From Octopus vulgaris (Eukaryota), in NCBI GenBank assembly GCA_951406725.2, contig OX597830.1, positions 2,046,001-2,110,000 on the forward strand: a stretch of 64,000 nucleotides of DNA, written 5' to 3'. Both the position numbers and the translations under genes were made by a program. The notes under the pieces were generated by a model, which made no database searches, had not been told where the DNA came from, and saw only the letters and a program-made list of their open reading frames with translations. Numbering within the stretch: the first letter of the stretch is position 1; each line of letters opens with the position of its first letter. This document shows, piece after piece, positions 39,793 to 51,409 of the stretch.

Positions 39793-40440
39793 CAGGGTGC
39801 GGTGAATATATTGTCGTCTAAATTACGTAAAAATGAAAATAACACATCTAATTTTAACAGATATATTTACCAAAATTACATTGAAATATCCTTGAAATGC
39901 TAAAGCCATTGCAATAAAATCTGCCAGCCATCGGCTTCAACCACGACTTCGGGACAACTTCGGAATCTCCTACAACTCTTCTAGATAGTCTCCTTATTTA
40001 AGTTGGTGAATGCTGTCATAATCTTTATTTCAGATCCTCTTTGGTGTTACAAGGAGTTTATATGGTCTCTCACTCAACTGCGGCCCACACATAATAATCA
40101 AGGGGATTGCAGATATTAGGGGCGATGTGGTTACAGAAATTGTCTGACCGCAGTGACATGGTTCTCCTGCGTATGTGGCATGGCGCAGAGTCCTGTTGCC
40201 ATATACAGGGTCTTCTAACAACCACCCTCTTGACACAGAGGAGCACTACCTCCTCCAGACACTTGATATACACCTCCGTGTTGAGTGTGAGACCGTGTGG
40301 GAAGATGGACGGAGGCATACAATCGCCATCACATATAATCATTCCAAACACCATGATGTTGACTGGATATTTGATTTTGATCACTCTCAATACATGAACT
40401 TCCTCAGGTTGACACTCAAGCACTCTGAAATGGTTGTATA
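39793..40440 (-). mobile_element. Tc1/mariner (DD37D/maT-like) transposase remnant
   Basis: IMVFG...YIKCLEEVV...WQQDSAPCH...CNPLDYYVWAAVE; terminus CAGGGTG. Confidence 0.8.
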
Positions 40441-40659
40441 TAACTATACAATGCAACATACTTCACAACGTCTACCATTCTAACCATCTTACACCTGAAA
40501 CCTCTGGTAATTTTGTCGACTTACTGGTCAGTTTTTGACCAGTTCTAACTTAATTATCTCATCTAGTCAATGTATTTCAACATCATTGATTTAAAACAAC
40601 CGAGTGGCGTCCTATAGAAAAGTCCTTTCTGTTGGAAGACACCTCTCCCATCACACCCA
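40441..40659 (+). repeat. ~220-bp direct repeat, copy 1
   Basis: Near-identical to 43776-44000. Confidence 0.9.
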
Positions 40660-41020
40660 CTTTTGCGTCATGCTGCTGTTTCTCTCACACACTGTATCCA
40701 ACTTATCCTACAATACTCTGTAGTCAACAAAAACGAAAACAAGAAATGTGCAGGCACAAAATAAAGAAGATATAAAATGGTGAAAATTTACCCATTGCAC
40801 TCTGTATATATACGTATATATATATATATATATATATACACGAACGTATATAGACAGAAGATACAAATATTACAGGCATCCCCCCACATACACACACTAA
40901 CTAAACATAGACGCACATAGAGATATACGCATGCGCAAATGAAGACACATACAATAGAAATACAAAATGGCTGACGGTTAGTAAGGAGAGACACAAATAA
41001 GAAAGAAGAAAGCAAAGGAC

Positions 41021-41058
41021 CACTGATGCGGTCACAGGAGTGTGACGAAAGAACTCTG
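41021..41058 (+). ncRNA. HHR-like motif (A9 altered)
   Basis: ca-CTGATGC-G-GTCAC-aggagt-GTGAC-GAA-AGAACT-C-tg. Confidence 0.5.
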
Positions 41059-41092
41059 ACCGAAATAAGATTAAAATTAATGTAAGAAATAA

Positions 41093-41200
41093 ATAACACT
41101 GAAGCAAAATAGCACCAAATATATAGTGCGTGTGTTTTTATTGGCTAAACTGGCAAAATGACCATTCTGAAATACAACAAGATATATATATATATATGTG

Positions 41201-41239
<39 letters not shown>

Positions 41240-41295
41240 GTGTGTGTATATATATATGTATATAGGTATATATATATATATATATACACAAACAT

Positions 41296-41377
<82 letters not shown>

Positions 41378-41445
41378 TTATATATATGTATGTATGTATA
41401 TGTGTGTGTATATATATATACACATATACATATATATACACACAC

Positions 41446-41523
<78 letters not shown>

Positions 41524-41612
41524 CTTGTTGTATTTCAGAATGCTCATTTTGCCAGTTTAGCCAATAAAAACACACGCACTATATATTTGGTGTTATTTTG
41601 CTTCAGTGTTAT
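41093..41612. repeat. Fold-back with 89-bp arms enclosing inverted microsatellites
   Basis: Arms 41093-41181 and 41524-41612. Confidence 0.9.
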
Positions 41613-42490
41613 ACTGAAAAGTTTCAAGCTTTATGCTATCAGCATGCAATACCCAATAAATACACTTGACCTGGAGGGATTGCAATCCCAGAGGCACAAT
41701 CAGTGCAAGACCTGGGTATTTACATGAGTAATGATGCAACCTTTCATGTGCATGTTGCTAAATTGGCAATGAAATGTAGGCGGCTGACCGGATGAATTCT
41801 TAGAACCTTGAAAACAAGAGACCAAGAAACCATGATGGTCCTCTGGAGGACACTTGTCCTAAGCCACTTTGACTATTGCTCTCAGTTATGGTCACCATCC
41901 AGTGTCAGGTTAATCACAGAACTTGAGGCGATCCAACGAAGCTACACGAAGACGATGGCTTCTGTGCAGCATATAAGCTATTGGGAAAGACTCAAGAGAT
42001 TAAGACTCTATTCCTTAGAGCGTAGGCGGGAAAGATATACCATAATATACATCTAGAAGATTCTAGAAGGACTTGTCCCAAACTTTGGCATCGAGAGTTA
42101 CACAAATCCTAGAACTGGGCGCCACTGCATAGTGCCAAGAACTCCAAATTTGCCATCAAGATGTAGGACAAGATACTGTGATAGCCTGGGCTTCAGAGGT
42201 CCACAGCTCTTCAATATCATCCCGAAGGAGCTGAGAGACCTGCATGGGGAGGATGCAGATGTCTTTAAAATAAAACTGGATCTCTTCCTGTCAGGTGTCC
42301 CAGATGAACCAACTTCACGGCAGGAGGTGCAGATGAGGGCAGCTGCATCGAACTCTCTCATGCACCAAATGGCATTTGCTAAAAAGCATTCGTGAAATAA
42401 AATCATGTAGCAACACCAAATGGCGGTGCCCCAGCATGGCCAAAGCTCGTGAGTTGAAACTAGATAAAATAAAATTAAAAAAAAATAAAA
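41613..42490 (+). mobile_element. CR1-clade LINE 3' portion (pseudogenised ORF2)
   Basis: DLGIYMS...FDYCSQLWSP...LEAIQR...SYWERLKRLRLYSLERRRER; internal stops; A-rich tail. Confidence 0.9.
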
Positions 42491-42496
42491 CATAAA

Positions 42497-42610
42497 TTGC
42501 ATAGCCGATTTGGACCACCACGATTCGCAGCTAAGTTCTGATCTTAAAATGTCTTTTGAGGCCTCCATTAGATTTGCAAACCCTCTGGCATACATAGCAA
42601 TGAATGTATG
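42497..42610 (-). mobile_element. RTE LINE extreme 3' end (zinc-finger-like)
   Basis: CYVCQRVCKSNGGLKRH followed by a short UTR. Confidence 0.45.
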
Positions 42611-43775
42611 TATATCTATGAAATACAAGAAACCAAAGATTGTTGACCAACAATGTTTCTAGCATGTAGTCAGGTCCGATTTTATAGGATTGAACTGCTA
42701 TTTTAAGTTTCACTCTTCGAGACTCAAAGCTGACTACGGTAGAAAATCCACTTTATAAAAGCATAACTGAATTCAAAGCTTTGAGTGAGTTCGAACTTTT
42801 AACCGCTGCGTACATCTCCTCTCTGCCCTTAAAGAAAGTAGAATATTTAACTAATTGAAAAACAGTAGAGCAAAATAATGGCTTCTCTTGGGAATAATAC
42901 AAAAAGATAAGAAAAAGTTATTCACCATACTGAATCAGAAATTAAAAATATGAAGATTTTAATCACTAATTTTAGTTATAAACAACTTTTAGCACGTGTG
43001 TGCGTGTGTGTGTGCGTGTATGTAGGAATCCGAATGATGATCACGTTGTTCTTACTCGTGAGACTCTTTAAGTTATGTTATTTTAAGTCAACTGTTGACG
43101 TAAATTTATGCAAAGTCAAAAGCAACGTAATCGTTTTCTTTTCTTGTTTTTTTGCACGCAGTCACATCAACAGACTCGCATGCGATTGAAAAATGTTGTT
43201 TTTCGCTTTCCTTAGGTTTTAAGTCGAATCATGACAAAGTGGTGGAGTTTTGATTACTCTTTGGGCTGAATGGTTTTGGAATCTGCTCGTATCAACTTTT
43301 GGCTTCATTCTTCATGAATATTCTGTAGTTCTTTTTCGATGGCGTTACAGATGCTCTATATTTGGAGAGAAAATAATCATTGATAGTAAATTTGGTGGAT
43401 TATTTTCTAGAGATACATGTTGCCTGTATGTGGAGCTGTAATGGCACACGTTGTCTGTTGAGAGGTGTGGATTTAGAAGCTTGTAGTTTGTGCTCCGATT
43501 GGCATTGAAGGAATTGCCGTATTTGTGTGTTGGCAGGAAATGTTGTTTACAAGCGAAAGACTTTTCCTTGCTCTTCTGCTGGCCATGTTGTTATTGTATG
43601 ATAGATTCAACTGAACGGTTTTCCTGCTCCTGGCCTTAAAGTCGGGTGATATTGGAAGATGTTTTCTATCTCGTATCAAGACATGTTATTTTACTTCTTA
43701 TTAAGATCTCTTATTACCAAAACCTTTTCTATAGCCATCACAATCACTAATTGCTTTGCATCGGACGATGATCAC

Positions 43776-44000
43776 TAACTATACAATGCAACACACTTCG
43801 CAACGTCTCACATCACGTTCTAACCATCTTACACCTGAAACCTCTGGTAATTTTGTCGACTTACTGGTCAGTTCTTTGACCAGTTCTAACTTAATTATCT
43901 CATCTAGTCAATGTATTTCAACATCATTGATTTAAAACAACCGAGTGGCGTCCTATAGAAAAGTCCTTTCTGTTGGAAGACACCTCTCCCATCACACCCA
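43776..44000 (+). repeat. ~220-bp direct repeat, copy 2
   Basis: Near-identical to 40441-40659. Confidence 0.9.
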
Positions 44001-44296
44001 TTACTCTCAAAAACTCTGCAATAATTCATGGACACAACATTCCTTTCTGAAGTGGAAGATTTAAAAAATATCCAGTTAGAATAACTCAAGCTGTCTAGCA
44101 GTTTCATCCTCACTCGGGCAATCCTGTATAATGTAGACTTTTATTTACACTAAGACACTCGAGTGGCGGGTTATTGTATACTCATCATCATCATTCTCCT
44201 TCTCTTCCTCATCCCCCCTCCTCCTGCTTATTATTATTATTATTGTTATTATTATTATTATTATTATCATTATTATTATTATTATCACTATTATTA

Positions 44297-44360
<64 letters not shown>

Positions 44361-44377
44361 CACTATTATTATTGTTG

Positions 44378-44429
<52 letters not shown>

Positions 44430-44441
44430 CATTGTTATTAC

Positions 44442-44963
44442 TGAGTGAGGGAGCAGCGCATGCCATCAAAGTGATACAGGGGTACAAATACATGAAGCCC
44501 AATACACACATCATGACAACCCACCTAATAAGGGTACACTAAACACATGCATCACAACCATATGAGCGTGACATGGTGATCTCATATCAAGATAAACAGC
44601 ACACGACCTTGCAGGTGGGGCCTAGTTAGAATTTTCTTCAGGTCGAGTAGCCCATCCCACTCAAAAGGTTCCTGAATAAGGGTTGCTTAAGTATGTTGAA
44701 CGGAACACCCATGTTTCCAATGGTGAATTATCCAAACCCCAAAGAATTCCTCTCAACACATGGCTATGATGCTCCCCCACTACTTCTGCTCGTGATCAGA
44801 GATGCACATATCGTCAGCCACTAAGGGACATGCTCAACTGGTTAAGGTCAAACAACTGACAAGCAAATCTGTGGTATTGAGCAGAATATTTGCTGTAGCC
44901 CATCTTTTATACCAAGACAAAACAATATACTATAACACTTCCGATCACTTAAGATGAGAAGCC
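44442..44963 (-). mobile_element. Unclassified ~550-bp repeat attached to (ATT)n, copy 1
   Basis: Highly similar to 46309-46858. Confidence 0.75.
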
Positions 44964-44974
44964 GGCCCATGCTT

Positions 44975-45355
44975 GGTCTTATTCCTGGTAGGAATTATGT
45001 GGGTAGTGAGTGACTACCTGTAACCTTAGGTATCTACAAGTTTTCGACACTCTTTCAAGTGCTTAGAACCCTCCTTATAATCCTTGTCCCTAAGAGACAA
45101 ACTTTCTGAAGGAGCTTACTGGGCATTCTATTTAAATTTCCTTCAGTCTATATCTTGGTTTACTGTTCCCAACGCACAAATTATTATAAGCATGACCTTT
45201 ACTGTTCTCATGCTCCAAATTCTTCCAATTTAAAAATTTGAGGGATTCTATGTTTTTTTCCTTTTCTTGACTCAATTTGTCAAATTTCTTTACAGATATA
45301 TTTTTATCAGTTGGAACACATATCAATTAGTCTACAAGTATTTTCCCACCGGCTT
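44975..45355 (-). mobile_element. R4/Dong-like LINE endonuclease C-terminal fragment
   Basis: LIDMCVPTDKNISVKKFDKLS...KIWSMRTVKVMLIIICALGTV. Confidence 0.65.
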
Positions 45356-45399
45356 TAATAATTATGTGTAGTCGATTATTAGTATTGTTGTTGTTGTTA

Positions 45400-46088
45400 T
45401 TTCTCTTTATCAAAGGTTTTGTTGGAGCTCCTGGAGTCTTACATGCGTAGCGGGCTTGCTACCTGCAGCCTACGGTACCATGCTATCCATTCTTTTCAGC
45501 TAATACTTTCCTGATTATTCTAGCCGTGCCAAGGAGGCAAACCTTTTATAATAGGGCTCTCTATTCCAATTTCCTTTATATTCCTCTTTACGCCTTCTGA
45601 TACTGTTCCCAAGGAACCAACAATGATTGGAACTATCTTCACTTTCTTCATTTTCCAAAGCCGGGCTATTTTGTACTTAACAGGGTTGTATTTATCTATC
45701 TTTCCATCTTGACCATTCGTGGGTCAAAGAAGCATGCAACATCAGCTATATAGCATACGTTGTGCATCATGTCCACCGCCACTAAGTCCGGTCTGTTATG
45801 CTCTAGCACCTGATCTGTTTGGATTGGGAAATTCCAGAGTATTTTGCTAGTCTCCGACTCCACCAGTCTCTGCTGCTTCTGCTCACACCATGTCTTCTTA
45901 CTCTCCGGCCCCACTTTTCACACAGTCTCCAATGTAGCACTTTCGCTACCTGATCGTGTCACCACAACTTGTAGTGGTTTTGGGCAAGTCTAGGGCATTC
46001 GTTCGTGATATGGGCAATGATTTCATCCACTCTATTGCGCATGCGGCACAGCGGAGACACTCATTCGTAGTGCATGGCCAAAGCTTGG
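45400..46088 (-). mobile_element. R4/Dong-like LINE 3' fragment (CCHC plus restriction-like endonuclease)
   Basis: HITNECPRLAQ..Y..RHDQVAKVLHW...KILWNFPIQTDQVLEHNRPDLVAVD...IADVAC...VPIIVGSLG. Confidence 0.85.
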
Positions 46089-46113
46089 TCATTATTATTA
46101 TTATTATTATTAA

Positions 46114-46203
<90 letters not shown>

Positions 46204-46308
46204 TATTATTATTATCATCATCATCATCATCATCATCATCACTATCATCATCATTGTTGTTATTATTATTATTATTATTATCATTATTATTATAATTATT
46301 ATTATTAT

Positions 46309-46858
46309 TGAGTGAGAGAGCAGTTCATGCCATCAAAGTGACACTGCGGTAAAATATATGAAGCCCAATATACCCATCATGACTACCCGTCTGATAAGGG
46401 CATACCAGGCACATGCATCACAACCATATGTGCGCGACATGGTGATCTCATATCAAGATAAACTGCACATGACCTTGCAGGTGTGGCCCAGTTAGAATTT
46501 TCTTCAGGTTGAGTAGCCCATCCCGCTCAAACGGTCCCTGAATAAGGGTTGTTTAAGGATGTTGCAAAAACCACCCCAATCTCCAGAGGTGAATTATTCA
46601 AACCCCAAAGAATCCTTCTCAACACATGGCTATGATGCTCCCCCACTACTTCTGCTCGTGATCAGAGATGCACATATCATCAGCCACTAAGGGACATGCT
46701 CAACTGGTTAAGGTCAAACAACTGACAAGCAAATCTGTGGTATTGAGCAGAATATTTGCTGTAGCCCATCTTTTATACCAAGACAGAACAATGTACATGA
46801 TAACACTTCCAATCAGTTAAGATCAGACGCCATGAGAGCCACTGCCTGGTACTGCATC
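46309..46858 (-). mobile_element. Unclassified ~550-bp repeat flanked by (ATT)n on both sides, copy 2
   Basis: Similar to 44442-44963. Confidence 0.75.
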
Positions 46859-46889
<31 letters not shown>

Positions 46890-47226
46890 AATTGTTTTTT
46901 TGTGCGTGTAATGGCAAAGAAAAGAGATGAGAATATTGATGAGAAATGCAAGAATTTAAAAAAGTATGCAAAAATCTAATTAGAACATTTTGTTGTATTC
47001 TTTCTGAGGGACATTCTGAAGCATTGAGTCAAATAAATAACCAATTTCGTTGCTGCTAATGTGAATGTTATTGTAGCAGTTTTATTTTTTTTCATTGTCA
47101 TTTGGAAATAATTTTAAATGTAAGAAAGGTATAACACACACACACACACACATATTTCTTTTAGGAATGAGATATGATGTGTGCGTTTATGTGTGTGTGA
47201 GTATACTTATTAACATATACATACAC

Positions 47227-47321
<95 letters not shown>

Positions 47322-47469
47322 CCGATGCATACATATACACATACAGAAACACATGCATATATATATATACTAGCAGAATTGCCCGGCGTTGCTCGGGGCT
47401 GAATTACTTGAAAGTACTGTTAATGATTGCACTGAATGATGATGATTATTCAGGCAAATATTGATATAA

Positions 47470-47985
47470 GTTTACGCTGGGAGATAAGGACTTAACGATC
47501 AAACGTGTGCCATTGCATTGTTTTGGGGGAACCAAATTTCTGATGAGCATTATAGGGGCACCAACTTTAAGTTTGAGAATGTGTGGTGGTAGTCCGGGGT
47601 GCTCAAAGGAATTGAGTACCTCTATTGGATAGTTGATGACGTCCTCTGGGTCAGGAGTTGTATCGATAGACTGATATACATAGACTTCCCCAGGAATGAG
47701 TTTTAGCATTTCATCATTAATATGGTGAACAGTTTTATTCCTTGGGGCCAGTATAGCCTTTTTCCAATCCAATCCATATTCTGATAATTAGCTTGTAGAT
47801 CTTGGAACACTGCATCTCTGTGATCAGAAGGCGTCTTAACAATGGTACAAATGGAATCGATGGCAATATTACCATTTTCATCCCCTGGTATTTTGCCTTC
47901 GCCAAGTGCAATGAGGGTGTGAGGAAATGCTACTGATGTGATATTACGTCGCATATGAGCACGCATATTGGTGTGAAGTTTGAGA
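47470..47985 (-). pseudogene. Helitron PIF1-family helicase fragment (frameshifted)
   Basis: LHTNMR...AILAPRNKTVHHIN...YPIEVLNS...GLPPHILKLKVGAPIMLIRNL.P..CNGTRLIV. Confidence 0.9.
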
Positions 47986-48217
47986 GTTACTTCCCTTAAT
48001 TTTAAAAAAATGCATTAAAATGGGAAAAAAATGATGGTAAATTATTTGTAAAAATCGTAGACTCATCGTAGACGCGCGCTAATACTCTGAAGGGCTCGAT
48101 ATGAATCACGACTATAAGATACTCGGTTTTTGTTAAACTGCATCGCAAAATGTGGGAGTAGTTAGGAATCTAAATCGGAGTAGACAGACACACAACCTTT
48201 CTTTTATATATAAAGAT

Positions 48218-48715
48218 TTTCGTCCGTCCTAAAAAACTTTGTGCGGAGTGAATGGTTACCTCTATGGAAATATATACACACACGTTATACGTATAACATG
48301 TGTGTATAGATGAATATATAAATACATTTAAATATCTATATACACTTTTGGGCGATCTTTCTGTTTCTTAGAGATAACTTTAGATGTTATTTTCGTCCTA
48401 AAAAACTTTGTATGGAGTGAATGGTTACCTCTATGGAAATATATACACACACATTATACATACATGTGTGTGTCTATATACACTTTTGGGCGACTGCTAC
48501 TTAGAGATAACTTTAGATGTTATTTTCGTCCTAAAAAACTTTGTGCGGAGTGAATGGTTACGTCTATGGAAATATATACACACACGTTATACATACATGT
48601 GTGCATAGATGAATATATAAATACATTTAAATATCTATATACACTTTTGGGCGATCTTTCTGCTTCTTAGAGATAACTTTAGATGTTATATTCGTCCTAA
48701 ATAAGTTTGTATGAA
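48218..48715. repeat. Tandem repeat of ~130-170-bp units inside the Helitron
   Basis: CGTCCTAAAAAACTTTGT...AGAGATAACTTTAGATGTTA repeated three times plus a partial. Confidence 0.85.
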
Positions 48716-48937
48716 TTGAAAAAGAAAATGAATTGAAATTCTAAAAGAAAGGAATTTGTTTACATACATGTGTAAAATGGCAAATGTTTGTGCATTTGTC
48801 CGATGGAACTGATGTATTATAATGAATAGTCCTTCTTCTTGTGAATATTAATTTGATTAATATGAACTGAAAACCAGTGGTGTAGCATAGGTGATCTTCT
48901 AGCAAAAAGGATGACCAGTCTGAATGGGTCATCCCTG

Positions 48938-48977
<40 letters not shown>

Positions 48978-49718
48978 CCTCACACACACGCACACACACA
49001 CACACATACACACACACACACAGACACACACACACTCGCACCCTCACACACACGCACACACACACACACACACACAGACACACACACACACACACACACA
49101 CACGTTAGCTTACAATGTCTGTCAACAATTGACACTGTCGTATATATTAGCGTGTCTATGTGTCTAAAGAGGAAGTGGGAGTAATAGGCAGAGTAAAGGC
49201 TTCAAAGTGAAATGTTAAAATATTGAGTTTTCTCGAATTTTGTCTTAATTGGGGGTGAAATTGAAAGAAATTTTGTATGGCATGACCCAATGGAAGTTCT
49301 TTGAAAAATCATAGGTAAAGTCTAATTGAAGAAATTGTGTGAGGAGTAAATCGTTATGTATTTATTTGTTTCTGTTTGCTGCTTTCTTTTTTTGAGTAGT
49401 GTTGTAAGGTAGACTTGCAAAGAGAAAGGAGAAATTAGGGTGATAGCGTCAGTGAAACAGTTCGCTCCGTTTGTGTGTGTGTGCGTATGCGTGTGCTGTA
49501 TCCCACACTAAGAAAAGCATTTGACATACACACCAGAATGTGGGTTTTCTCTAAATTTTGCTTAATTGGGGTTGAAATTTTAAAAACTGGACCTGGCACG
49601 ACCCGATGCATTCTACTCTTAAAAATGCTAGGTAAATTGTAATTGAAGAAATCCTATATTGTAGATTTCTATAAGATATAAAGGGAGGCAGATAAAATCT
49701 GCCTTTTATAATAAGAGA

Positions 49719-50204
49719 TGTATGTAGAAGGTTGAAATGGAACATACGAGTTGTATACATGGAAAAACAAGTCAAGGTAGAAAATGCTAAAATAAATTTA
49801 TAAAAAAACATTTCAGAACCGGTTTCAGTCATTGAGACTTTTTCAACTGTAAGTATGGAAAACAATTAAATTTTGGAAAAATTAAAAGGTAAGTTTTTAA
49901 AAAGAATATTTGCATAGTGTTCAAATACAAGTGACATTTTCCTTGTTTCTGCCTGTCTCTGTCTCTCTTGTTTAATCTCTTCTTTTAATTTTTCCAAAAT
50001 TTAATTGTTTTCCATACTTACAGTTGAAAAAGTCTCAATGACTGAAACTGGTTCTGAAATGTTCTTTTATAAAATTATTTTAGCATTTTCTACCTTGACT
50101 TGTTTTTCCATGTATACAACTCGTGTGTTCCTTTTCAACCTTCTACGTACATAGATATATGCATGTGTTTCTGTATGTGTATATGTATGCATCGGTCTCT
50201 CTCT
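49719..50204. repeat. Fold-back (PLE-type) with an HHR-like motif in each arm
   Basis: Arms 49719-49888 (continuing at 47311-47368) and 49982-50204; motifs at 49814-49849 (-) and 50021-50056 (+). Confidence 0.85.
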
Positions 50205-50216
50205 TGACTTTCTTTT

Positions 50217-50285
<69 letters not shown>

Positions 50286-51409
50286 TATATATAGATATAG
50301 AAACACATTTTACTCTTTTTTGTTATCAAATTTTTAAATAAAAGAATATAGAATTTGTATTGAGTTTCCAAACACAATCCATTATGTCTTATAATAATTA
50401 ATGATATTGTATATTTGAGAAATTTAATGCTGGGTATACAGCAAAGGCTTATTCGACTTATTCTCTTTGAATATACAGACATTGCAAATACGGAGAAATT
50501 TTAAGCAATAAAAAATTTTCATAATTCAATATATACTATTTAAAGAGAGACAGACAGGCAGACAGACAGAGAGTACAAAGAGCAAAAGAAATTCTTTGAA
50601 TCCAATTCTAAAATTGTTAGCATTTTATGAAGGATTTCAACAACATGGTTGATATGGAATACACACTTCAAAATTTAACAAACCTGATCTCCAGAGTCTG
50701 TGTTGACAGCATCCTTTTTTATGTAGCTGGCACAATTTGGTGATGGAGTTTCAAGATGGCTTGGATTGTTCGTACACCAAACATTTCACGAGGTCTGAAA
50801 ACAGTTCGTGCTGTGAACATCAGACAAAAGAGAAGATTTATTGGCACATTCCACCTGTCTCACCGTATGATGCTCAATGCAGGGTAGGGTTTGCTCACCG
50901 ATGCTATTTTACTAAACAACATGCCATATCAGTTGTTATATTTTAGAAACTTCCATAGCTTAATCGAGGAGAAAGGCTTCACTATTATATTGTTCCTACC
51001 TGCAGAGATACATAATATGAAACTGAGGATCAGCCAATGATATTGAGCGGAGAGATTTCTGGTATAACATTGATACACATCTCGGAGGCAGACGGTTTAA
51101 GGGTGGTGACGATGATGATGATGACGACGCCGCCGCTGACGATGATGAAGGCTAACAAATTCAAGGAAGAGTTAGTCGATAACATAGACCCCTGTACTCG
51201 TTTATCGACCCGAAAGAATCAAAGTCGACCTCGACGGAATTTGAACTCAGAGCTATTTTTCTTGCTGCTTAGATCCAGTGTTATTCTCACCTGCCGAAAT
51301 ACATCCAGGATTAATGATTTTCCAGCATGTTTTATTCCACTTTTCATTTTGTTTTTATTTGCAGGAATAGTTTGTAATTAAAAACAAAATGGAAGGACAC
51401 ATGAGATAT

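Larger units (their letters stand above)
47370..49718 (-). mobile_element. Composite Helitron (inner Helitron 47370-48216)
   Basis: TC starts at 49718 and 48216; 3' hairpin CCCGAGCAACGCCGGG and CTAG|T at 47370; inserted between A and T. Confidence 0.85.

Noticed and set aside
46800-46858. snRNA-like 5' end of the 550-bp element
   Set aside because: I could not match it to U1, U2 or U6 sequences from memory
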